From positions 1-16,745 of the forward strand of contig JANLSU010000059.1 in NCBI GenBank assembly GCA_031362565.1: 16,745 nucleotides of DNA. The letters run 5' to 3'. Of this stretch, positions 1 through 6,832 are shown piece after piece. A program made the translations under genes and the position numbers. The notes beneath the pieces were generated by a model. It was not told the DNA's origin, did no database searches, and was given only the letters and a program-made list of their open reading frames with translations. Source of the DNA: a bacterium (GTDB lineage: Bacteria > Krumholzibacteriota > Krumholzibacteriia > G020349025). Positions within the stretch are counted from its first letter, which is position 1; each line of letters starts with the position of its first letter.

Positions 1-107
1 GGGGGGGCGCGGGGGGGTTTGTGGGCGGGGGCGCCCGCGGCCGCCCCACTTCCTGCTTTCCCGGCGTCGGGTATCCTGTTTCGACCCTCGAGTGGATGGG
101 ACGGACC

Positions 108-2330
108 ATGACGACGGCGACCCCGGTGTGGCGCTGGAACCCGGCGCTCCGAACCAGCACCCAGACCCAGGATGGCGCCGCGGTCGTCGTCATCCACGAC
201 CCGCATTCGGGCGAGTACTACCAACTGGGCGCCGCCGAGTTCGAGATCGCCGCCGCCTTTGATGGCGAGCGGTCCCTCGAGGCTGTTCGCGCCCATCTGG
301 CAGCTGCTGGTTCGGAGTACGAAGCGGCGGAACTCGAGGCCTTCGCGACTGACCTCGCCGCTTCCGGCCTCCTTGTCGCCGCCGGGCCCACCGTCGATCG
401 CCCCGTCGCCGACCAGCAGGTGCCCAAGCGCACCGGACTACAGCGCGCCCTGCAAATCCAGGTTGCCGCCTGGAAGTGCGAGGCTTTTTTCGCGGCGACG
501 GTGCACGCGGTGCGGCCGTTTCTACGGCTGCCGGCGCTCGGGGCCGCCAGCCTCCTCGTCGGTGGTGCGCTGTGGATCGCGGCCGGCAACTCCGGAGCGC
601 TCGCCACGTCTCTTTCGACCGTGTTCGCCGGTGGCGGGCGGCTCGTTCTGCTGTGGGTTCTCTTTGGCGTTATCGTGTTCGTGCATGAATTGGCGCACGG
701 CTATGTCTGCGCGGCGTTCGGGGGCCGCGTCCGCTCGCTCGGGTTCATGGTGATGTACGGCCGCCCGTGTGCGTTTTGTGACGTGAGCGATGCGTGGCTG
801 CTCGGCAAGAGCCAGCGCCTGTGGGTCATGGCGGCCGGTGCCCTGGTGGAACTCGTCGCCTGGGCGCTGGCGACCATCGTCTGGCGGGTCACGGCGCCTG
901 AAACGTGGCTCAACGCGGTTTCCCTGGCCGTGCTCACCGTGGCCGGTGTCGGGACCCTGTTCAACTTCAACCCACTTCTCAAGTTCGACGGCTATTACAT
1001 TCTCAGCGATGGAGTTGAAATCCCGAATCTGCGCCAGCGGGCGTTCGAATACCTGCTCGCCGGGGTGCGCCGCCGCCCGCTCCCGCCGGCCACGCCGCGC
1101 GAGCGCCGGATCTTTCTCGCCTACGGATTGCTCTCCATGCTCTACTCGGTTCTCGTCCTCGGGATCTTTCTGACCCAAGCGCATCGCTGGGTCGCAGCGC
1201 GCTGGGGTGGGTTCGGCGTCGTTCTTCTTTGGGGAACGGTCGTGGCTGTTTCGGCGAAATCCTGGGCTGGCGCTCTCGGCGAACTCGGCAGTGTGCTGCG
1301 CTCGAGCGCGCGCACCCGCCGCTGGCTTTGGGCGGGCGGCGGCGTCGTACTCGTCGCGCTACTCGCCGGCGTGCGCTGGCCGTTGCGCGTTTCCGCCGAG
1401 TGCCGGCTCGAGCCGCGGACCCGCGTTGTCGTGCGTTGCCCCGTCGACGCGCCGATCGATTCGGTTCTGGTCCGCGAAGGCGAGTGGGTCGACGCCGGGC
1501 GCCGCCTCGTCCGGCTGGCGACCCGCGACATCGATTTTTCTCTCGACCACGCGCGCTCTCAGGTCACCGACCTCGAGGCTCAACTGGCACTGCTGGAGCG
1601 CGGCCCGCGGCCCCAGGAGATCGAAATGGCGCGGCGGCGCCTCGAGGCGGCGACGACGCGGGCGGAATACGCGCGCCGGGCCGATGAGCGGGCGCGGCAG
1701 AGCGCGGGGGGCGGTTTCTTGTCGCGCGAAGCGGCCGAAAAAGCCGAACGTGAACGGCGCGGTGCCGACGAAGAGGTGACGACCGCCACGCAAGAACTGG
1801 AACTGCTGCAAGCCGGACCGCGCGCCGAGGAAGTCGAGGCGCTCCGGGCGCGCCTGACCGGCCTTCGGAGCGACGTGGCCAGGCTCGTGGACGCCCGAGA
1901 GCGCACTGAGATCCTCGCGCCTTCCGCGGGACAAGTGCTGTCGCCGCATCCGGAACGCCTCGTGGGGCGTTTCGCGGCGCGCGGCGACTCGATCCTCGTG
2001 CTCGCCGATCTGCGGACGCTCGTCGTCGAGATCCCGGTCCCGGAAAAGGACGTTGCGGACGTCACGGTGGGGGCGCCGGTGCGCTTCAAATCGCGCACGC
2101 TGCCGGGCCGCGTGTTCGAAGGTTCCGTCGTCGAGATCGCACCGGACGCGGATGCCGGAGGGCGCCAGCACACGGTGCTGGTCCGCAGCGAGGTCCCGAA
2201 CGAGGCCGGCCTCCTGCGGCCGGGCACGACGGGGTTCGCCAAGGTGTATTGCGGTGAACGGCCGTTGGGCGTAGTGCTGGCGCGGCGCGGCGTGCGCATG
2301 CTGCGCACTGAATTCTGGGCCCTCTGGTAG
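108..2330 (+). CDS. Fusion protein: N-terminal PqqD/RRE-like domain, M50 (site-2) intramembrane Zn metalloprotease, C-terminal HlyD-family periplasmic adaptor
   Basis: HELAH zinc motif (684-698) in a hydrophobic segment and NFNPLLKFDGYY (NPxxxxDG) motif. The N-terminus 'VVIHDPHSGEYYQL...FDGERSL...LAASGLL' resembles a PqqD-like fold. The C-terminus has 'VLVREGEWVDAGRRLVRL', a coiled coil, 'EILAPSAGQV' and 'LLRPGTTG', typical of membrane-fusion proteins. ATG108 preferred over GTG21; ATG96 is also possible. Confidence 0.85.
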   Translation: MTTATPVWRWNPALRTSTQTQDGAAVVVIHDPHSGEYYQLGAAEFEIAAAFDGERSLEAVRAHLAAAGSEYEAAELEAFATDLAASGLLVAAGPTVDRPVADQQVPKRTGLQRALQIQVAAWKCEAFFAATVHAVRPFLRLPALGAASLLVGGALWIAAGNSGALATSLSTVFAGGGRLVLLWVLFGVIVFVHELAHGYVCAAFGGRVRSLGFMVMYGRPCAFCDVSDAWLLGKSQRLWVMAAGALVELVAWALATIVWRVTAPETWLNAVSLAVLTVAGVGTLFNFNPLLKFDGYYILSDGVEIPNLRQRAFEYLLAGVRRRPLPPATPRERRIFLAYGLLSMLYSVLVLGIFLTQAHRWVAARWGGFGVVLLWGTVVAVSAKSWAGALGELGSVLRSSARTRRWLWAGGGVVLVALLAGVRWPLRVSAECRLEPRTRVVVRCPVDAPIDSVLVREGEWVDAGRRLVRLATRDIDFSLDHARSQVTDLEAQLALLERGPRPQEIEMARRRLEAATTRAEYARRADERARQSAGGGFLSREAAEKAERERRGADEEVTTATQELELLQAGPRAEEVEALRARLTGLRSDVARLVDARERTEILAPSAGQVLSPHPERLVGRFAARGDSILVLADLRTLVVEIPVPEKDVADVTVGAPVRFKSRTLPGRVFEGSVVEIAPDADAGGRQHTVLVRSEVPNEAGLLRPGTTGFAKVYCGERPLGVVLARRGVRMLRTEFWALW

Positions 2331-2354
2331 GGCGCTGCAAACCAACCGTGTTGC

Positions 2355-2397
2355 AAAGAAACAGGCCGGCGCGGAGGGTTTCCACGCCGGCCTGTCT
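2355..2397 (-). terminator. Rho-independent terminator of the HU gene (possibly also used by the convergent gene)
   Basis: Perfect 11-bp inverted repeat ACAGGCCGGCG (2361-2371) / CGCCGGCCTGT (2385-2395), extendable inward, followed on the minus strand by a TTTCTTT tract, about 20 nt after the HU stop. Confidence 0.85.
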
Positions 2398-2416
2398 CAT
2401 CGCAGCCTTGTTTCGG

Positions 2417-2695
2417 TCAGAGCGAATCCTTCAGGACCGGAGCCGGCTTGAAGCCAACCGTCTTGCTCGCCTTGATCCTGATCTCTTCGCCCGTCTGCGG
2501 ATTCCGGCCGACGCGCGCCTTACGGCTGCGCACGCTAAAGGTGCCGAAACCCGGATAGGTGAACCGCTTGTCCTTGCGGACAGCCTTGGCGATGTTGTCG
2601 AACACCGCGTCGACGACCTCGTTCACCGCTGCCTTGGACAGTTCGCGATGCGCGACGTCTTGCACAACCTTATCGACCAGTTCAGCCTTCGTCAT
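2417..2695 (-). CDS. hup: HU-family histone-like DNA-binding protein (92 aa)
   Basis: MTKAELV start, GFGTF, 'RKARVGRNPQTGEEIRIKAS' and 'FKPA..LKD' hallmarks; GGGAG SD upstream on the minus strand. Confidence 0.95.
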   Translation of the reverse strand: MTKAELVDKVVQDVAHRELSKAAVNEVVDAVFDNIAKAVRKDKRFTYPGFGTFSVRSRKARVGRNPQTGEEIRIKASKTVGFKPAPVLKDSL

Positions 2696-2771
2696 CGGAC
2701 GACACTCCCTTTCCCATGCCCATCACTACCAAAGTGCCAAGTGTTTGGCGGCGAGCCACCAAAACGAGGCC

Positions 2772-2817
2772 ATGTTTAGACACGCTCTCCGGCAATGCAA
2801 GGTTTTTTTGATTTTTT
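2772..2817 (-). promoter_or_regulatory. Putative sigma70 promoter of the HU gene with A-tract UP element
   Basis: Minus strand reads A-tracts (2803-2817), TTGCAT (2800-2795), 16 nt, TAAACAT (2778-2772). It is a conspicuously AT-rich patch in a GC-rich window; the -10 match is imperfect. Confidence 0.55.
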
Positions 2818-3005
2818 CACCCGCGCCCTAGGTTCGACCAAGGCCCCGGATCGGGGCCCCGGGCGGTTCTTGGCGAGGCCGGGCCGCGTTGGCTTGACCG
2901 GTATGGCGCCGGCGGGCGCAGGGCAGCGCGCCCGCTCCCGGTGGGCTGCCGCGCGCGCCTCAGTGCGCCGGTCGAGGTTCGTACCTGGCGCTCCCCGGCG
3001 TCGCG

Positions 3006-3014
3006 TGGTACGCT
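3006..3014 (+). promoter_or_regulatory. Possible extended -10 element for the glycosyltransferase-like gene
   Basis: TGgTACGCT about 100 nt upstream of ATG3116; no good -35. Confidence 0.35.
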
Positions 3015-3115
3015 GGCCCTTACCGTCGCGCTCGTGCGCAAACAGCATCGTGACCCTTGAGGCCGGGCGCCCCCCAGGCGCTGGCATCGGGACAACCTTT
3101 CGAAGCGGGCGCCAG

Positions 3116-4795
3116 ATGTCTTCGACCGTACGCCGCGCGTTTGTCGTGTTGCTCCTCTTGGGGCTCGCGTTCCGCGTCCTGTTCGTCGCGCAGGACATGC
3201 GCGCCCTCGTGATGCGCGGTCCGTTGTACGACGACAGCTTCTATTCCTTCGAAATCGCTCGCCACATCGCCGAGGGCGACGGCTCGACGTTCGATGGCAC
3301 GACGCCGACGAATGGCTACCAGCCGCTGTACGTGTTTCTGCTCGTCCCCGTGTACTGGCTCGCGGGTGGCAACGCGACGGCGCCGATTTACGTCGCCCTG
3401 CTCGGGTCGGCCCTCTGCAACATGCTCACCGGCTGGATCTTGTTTCGCCTGTTGCGCAACTACGCCTCGCTGCGCGCGGCGTTTTTCGGTCTGGCGCTCT
3501 GGTGCTTCGGTCCGGCCATCGTGCGCCAGGCGGTGAACGGACTCGAGACATCGCTGGCCATGTTGCTCGTGGCGGCCTCGGTCGAGTACTACCTCGGTGT
3601 CTACCGGCGAGCTGCGGTGCCGACGCGGCGCCAATGCCTGACCCTCGGCGCGCTGCTGGGCCTTGCCATCTTCGCGCGTGTCGACGCGGTGCTGCTTGCC
3701 GCGGCACTCGGCATCGACGCCCTGGTGCGAGGCGGTGCGAGGGCGCGGCGGCCGCTTCTGTTCGTCGGCTTGGCAGCGGCCATCGTCATGACGCCCTGGT
3801 GCGTCGGAAGCCGCATCCTGTTCGGCTCGATCTTGCCTGAAAGCGGGCGCGCGACGCGCTTCCTGAGCGAGGCATACGCGCCCCACGACCACCCCGAGTT
3901 CTCGGCCGCGACGTTTTTGCATGGTCCGCCGGCGATGTTCCTGGCCGAGAACTTCTCGCGCTCGCTGTTGCAACTCGGCACGTCGCCGGTGTTGCACGTC
4001 TTCACGCGCGGGCTCGAGCGCACGCTGCAGGCGGCGCAAGTCGCGCCGCTGGCCAACTTGTGTGCGGTGGGCGGATTCCTGCTGCTGGCGTTTCTGGCGT
4101 TCGGGTTGCTGGGCTACCGGCGGCGCCGCGGCGGCCAAGGGATGCCGCGTGATTTCGTTTTCCTGGTGGCCTATTCGGCCGCCCTGGTGTGCGCCTACAG
4201 CTTCGTGATCTTCGGCCAGATCTTCTACAGCCGATATTATTATCCGGTTTTCTTCATCTCGATTCTGCTCGGGGCGTTTGCTTTCGACGTGCTCATGAAG
4301 CTCATCCCACGGGCCCGAGTGCGCCGCGCGGCGTCCGTCGCCTGTACCGTGGCTTACGCGCTGACGCTGGCTTACATGTCGATGCACCGGGTCCAGAACG
4401 GCAATTATCGATTCTTGCACGTCGTGGACTGGATCGCCGCCCGCACCGAACCGGGGGCGCGGATCGGCGTCTTCAACAGCGGCGCGATCGGCTATTTTTC
4501 GGATCGCCATATCGTCAACCTGGACGGCAAGGTGAACCCTGCCGCCTTCGCGGCTCTCAACCAGGGGACGATTTGCGAATACATCGAGTCGCAGGGAATC
4601 GAGTACGTGATCGACCACGAGTGGATCGTGCGGCATTTCCTCGTCGACGGCACGACCGGGACGCCACCCTGCATTCACCTGGCGCGGGTCGACGGGGCGG
4701 CCGCCCTCGGGGTGCCGGGCTGGGCGGCCTACCGGGTCGTGCGCGACGTCGCAGATGGCGGCACCGGAACCCCGGCCGTCGCGCTCCGCCCGTGA
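3116..4795 (+). CDS. Polytopic membrane protein, GT-C superfamily (ArnT/PMT-like) glycosyltransferase-like
   Basis: The first TM helix is followed by 'YDDSFYSFEIARHIAEGDGSTFDG..TNGYQPLY' (acidic DD motif in the first external loop). Also 'NGLET', 'ARVD', many TM segments and a soluble C-terminal domain 'GAIGYFSDRHIVNLDGKVN'. ATG3116 chosen; the upstream in-frame extension looks non-coding. Confidence 0.7.
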   Translation: MSSTVRRAFVVLLLLGLAFRVLFVAQDMRALVMRGPLYDDSFYSFEIARHIAEGDGSTFDGTTPTNGYQPLYVFLLVPVYWLAGGNATAPIYVALLGSALCNMLTGWILFRLLRNYASLRAAFFGLALWCFGPAIVRQAVNGLETSLAMLLVAASVEYYLGVYRRAAVPTRRQCLTLGALLGLAIFARVDAVLLAAALGIDALVRGGARARRPLLFVGLAAAIVMTPWCVGSRILFGSILPESGRATRFLSEAYAPHDHPEFSAATFLHGPPAMFLAENFSRSLLQLGTSPVLHVFTRGLERTLQAAQVAPLANLCAVGGFLLLAFLAFGLLGYRRRRGGQGMPRDFVFLVAYSAALVCAYSFVIFGQIFYSRYYYPVFFISILLGAFAFDVLMKLIPRARVRRAASVACTVAYALTLAYMSMHRVQNGNYRFLHVVDWIAARTEPGARIGVFNSGAIGYFSDRHIVNLDGKVNPAAFAALNQGTICEYIESQGIEYVIDHEWIVRHFLVDGTTGTPPCIHLARVDGAAALGVPGWAAYRVVRDVADGGTGTPAVALRP

Positions 4796-4820
4796 TGTGG
4801 TTTGCCGCCGAGGTTCTCCG

Positions 4821-4853
4821 GAGCCTGGCACCGCGCCCAGGCTTGCGAGTTTT
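4821..4853 (+). terminator. Possible weak terminator hairpin after the glycosyltransferase-like gene
   Basis: GAGCCTGG (4821-4828) / CCAGGCTT (4837-4844) stem with an 8-nt loop; the T-tract is offset (4850-4853). Confidence 0.35.
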
Positions 4854-4930
4854 CACCTAACTCCCGGGCCGCCTTTCCTCGTCCAGACGCCCCGCCGCGC
4901 CTTCGATGTGATCCAACCCAGTTCCTTTCC

Positions 4931-4969
4931 TTGCGTTTTTTTGCGTTTCTCATAGGATCGCCGTACATT
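4931..4969 (+). promoter_or_regulatory. Putative sigma70 promoter(s) of spoVG
   Basis: TTGCGT (4941-4946)-17 nt-TACATT (4964-4969), plus a second staggered candidate TTGCGT (4931-4936)-16 nt-TAGGAT (4953-4958). Confidence 0.6.
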
Positions 4970-4975
4970 CGCGGT

Positions 4976-5115
4976 GAGAAAGGTGGTCGATACTCGAAAC
5001 GGAACTCGAAGACCGCATCTCCGCTCGGCCCCCGGTTCGCACGGGGCACCCATGCCGTCCTCCTGGCTGGGACGCGGTCCGCACTCACATCGAAGTTGGC
5101 CAGGAGGGTGGGGAC
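4976..5115 (+). promoter_or_regulatory. Candidate structured 5' leader (cis-regulatory RNA) of spoVG
   Basis: Two upstream hairpins, plus anti-SD CCTCCTGGCT (5059-5068) complementary to GGCCAGGAGG (5098-5107), competing with hairpin 5056-5074. Confidence 0.5.
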
Positions 5116-5433
5116 ATGAAAATCACCGATATCCGCATCTTGCTCCGCGACGACGACAAGCTGAAAGCGTTCGTCTCCGTGACGTTCGACGACGCATTCG
5201 CGGTGCGCGGCATGAAGATCATCGAGGGCGCCAAGGGGACTTTTCTTGCCATGCCTTCGCGCAAGACGTCCGAGGACGTGTATGTCGATGTCGCTTTCCC
5301 CATCAATCGCGAGACCCGTGCGTGGCTGGAGAGCCATGTGATGCGCGCCTACGATGAAGAGGTCCGCGGCCACGGGCAAGGCCAGGCGCCGCATCCGCCG
5401 TACCCGGACGGCGGGTTGTACCCGGCGGCCTGA
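5116..5433 (+). CDS. spoVG: SpoVG family nucleic-acid-binding protein (105 aa)
   Basis: 'MKITDIRI...KLKAFVSVTFDDAFAVRGMKIIEG..G.FLAMPSRK...YVDVAFPIN.ETR' is the SpoVG signature; AGGAGG SD at 5102-5107. Confidence 0.95.
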   Translation: MKITDIRILLRDDDKLKAFVSVTFDDAFAVRGMKIIEGAKGTFLAMPSRKTSEDVYVDVAFPINRETRAWLESHVMRAYDEEVRGHGQGQAPHPPYPDGGLYPAA

Positions 5434-5497
5434 CGGCCTCACGGGGCCCGAAGCAAGTCCTACCAGGGCGAGTCGCCCAGCCTCTCGAGGCGTCACC

Positions 5498-5525
5498 TTG
5501 ACGCTCGACCATCCGATGCTAGAAT
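5498..5525 (+). promoter_or_regulatory. Near-consensus sigma70 promoter of the rhomboid gene
   Basis: TTGACG (5498-5503)-16 nt-TAGAAT (5520-5525) with extended -10 TG at 5517-5518. Confidence 0.75.
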
Positions 5526-5586
5526 CGTCGCGCCGGCTTGCCGAGTGATCTCCAACGCGGAGCACGGGGGCCCGCCTGGAGGACTC

Positions 5587-6393
5587 GTGCGCATCGGCCC
5601 CGGGAGCGGTTCGTCCCGCTTCTTTGGAATCGACTTCACGCCGATGCACCGCCGCATCGTCGCCGTCACCGCACTCGTGTGGTTCGTGCAGATCGCTTTT
5701 GGTCTGGCACACAGCACGGCATTCGAGGATCTATTCGCGCTCGACCCGCGGTCGGTCTTGCCATGGCGTCCATGGCAACTCGTGACCTACATGTTCCTGC
5801 ACAGCGCCCCCGCCCAAGGCGGCGGGTTCAATCCGCTGCACATCCTGTTCAATATGTTCATGCTGCTCATGTTCGGCAGCGCCGTCGAACGCGAGTTGGG
5901 CAGCCGGCGTTTCCTACGTTACTACTTGATTTGCGGCATCGCCGGCGGGCTGCTGACCCTCCTGCCGCCCTTTCGCGCCATCACGGTCGGAGCATCGGGA
6001 GCGGTGCTGGGCGTGCTGACGGCCTTCGGCCTGCTGTTTCCCGACACGCCGGTGCTGCTGTTTTTCTTGCCGGTGGCGGCCAAGTACGTCGTGATGTTCA
6101 TGGCGGTCTTGCAGCTGGCATCCGCCGCCAGTGTGCAAAGCGGCATCGCATACATCGCCCATGTCGGCGGCATGGGTGCCGGGTATTTGATGATTCGCGG
6201 CATTCCGTTCCTGAGCGGCACGACGCGGCGCCTCGATCGCCGGGCGCGCGAACGCGAGGACCGGCGGCGCGCCGAATTGCGGCTGCGACGCGACGAGATT
6301 CTCGACAAGATGAACCGCGAAGGGCGCGAAAGCCTGTCGCAGCAGGAATGGAACACGCTCTTGGAAGAGAGCAAGCGCATGCGCCACGACTGA
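5587..6393 (+). CDS. Rhomboid family intramembrane serine protease with small helical C-terminal domain (DUF6576-like)
   Basis: 'WQLVTYMFLH', 'HILFNM', catalytic GASG and AHVGG; C-terminal 'DEILDKMNREGRESLSQQE'. GTG5587 follows GGAGG (5578-5582); GTG5545 is an alternative start. Confidence 0.9.
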   Translation: MRIGPGSGSSRFFGIDFTPMHRRIVAVTALVWFVQIAFGLAHSTAFEDLFALDPRSVLPWRPWQLVTYMFLHSAPAQGGGFNPLHILFNMFMLLMFGSAVERELGSRRFLRYYLICGIAGGLLTLLPPFRAITVGASGAVLGVLTAFGLLFPDTPVLLFFLPVAAKYVVMFMAVLQLASAASVQSGIAYIAHVGGMGAGYLMIRGIPFLSGTTRRLDRRAREREDRRRAELRLRRDEILDKMNREGRESLSQQEWNTLLEESKRMRHD

Positions 6394-6468
6394 GCCCCTT
6401 GGTTCGGCCGCCGATCCGCGCCAAGTGATAGCCAGGTCAGGGTTTGACGCGCCATGTCTCAATCCGGC

Positions 6469-6633
6469 CCTTGCCCCCGCCGATGCCGATTGCCCCTTGA
6501 TCTTTGGCGCGATGCCGCGCTAGTCTGCGGCGCTCGTGACGGCGGGGTGGCGCGCGAGCTTGGTCGGGGGCGTTCGGATCGAGTCCTGCGGAGGCCGAAA
6601 ATCAGGCCCGCGGCTCAACCGGTGGGGGCAAGG
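6469..6633 (+). repeat. Long imperfect inverted repeat / candidate structured RNA upstream of the atp operon
   Basis: Helices 6469-6482:6620-6633, 6496-6508:6594-6606 and 6523-6527:6575-6579 share one register; 6529-6540:6563-6574 is offset by 1 nt. Confidence 0.6.
6497..6526 (+). promoter_or_regulatory. Putative sigma70 promoter of the atp operon
   Basis: TTGATC (6497-6502)-18 nt-TAGTCT (6521-6526), about 110 nt upstream of the first atp gene. Confidence 0.5.
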
Positions 6634-6634
6634 C

Positions 6635-6832
6635 GTGAAGTCTCCCGCACCACGCGACTTCCTGCGCTACTCGCATCTCGGTGTTCAGTTCGTGATCATC
6701 GTCATGGCGTTTGCCTGGGGGGGAACCTGGCTCGACAGGAGATTCTCGGCCGGGGGAGTCGTGACGCTGGCGGGCATTTTCGCCGGAGCCGCGATTGCGT
6801 TCTACCTCATGTACCGAGAAATCCGGAAGTAG
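6635..6832 (+). CDS. atpZ: AtpZ/AtpI-family small membrane protein (ATP synthase gene 1), 65 aa
   Basis: Two TM helices flanking 'GGTWLDRRF' (G.wLD..f motif); first position in the atp operon; GTG6635 chosen as start. Confidence 0.8.
   Translation: MKSPAPRDFLRYSHLGVQFVIIVMAFAWGGTWLDRRFSAGGVVTLAGIFAGAAIAFYLMYREIRK

Noticed and set aside
2725..2740. TGGCAC sigma54-like -24 box upstream of HU on the minus strand (also TGGCAC at 4826-4831 on the plus strand)
   Set aside because: No TTGC at the required -12 spacing in either case.
2960..3000. GGTTCGTACC, a tRNA T-arm-like hairpin in the HU/GT-C intergenic region
   Set aside because: No cloverleaf can be built around it; probably a chance GC-rich hairpin.
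3025..3115. GCAAAC-containing leader suggestive of a c-di-GMP-I riboswitch
   Set aside because: It lacks the GNRA-capped P2 and the following GACGCAAAGC/P3 elements.
2795..3115. Upstream in-frame extensions of the GT-C ORF (and similarly 13698-14006 of the AAA+ ORF)
   Set aside because: Low-complexity Arg/Gly/Ala translations spanning promoter-like sequence or overlapping atpC; downstream ATGs fit the family N-termini.
6433..6456. CAGGTCAGG resembling the SRP (4.5S) RNA domain IV 5' strand
   Set aside because: The GNRA-capped stem and the AGCAG partner strand are absent, and the spacing to the next GCCA is too short.
6563..6590. GTTCGGATC resembling a tRNA T-loop
   Set aside because: No 5-bp T-stem, acceptor stem or anticodon arm in tRNA geometry.
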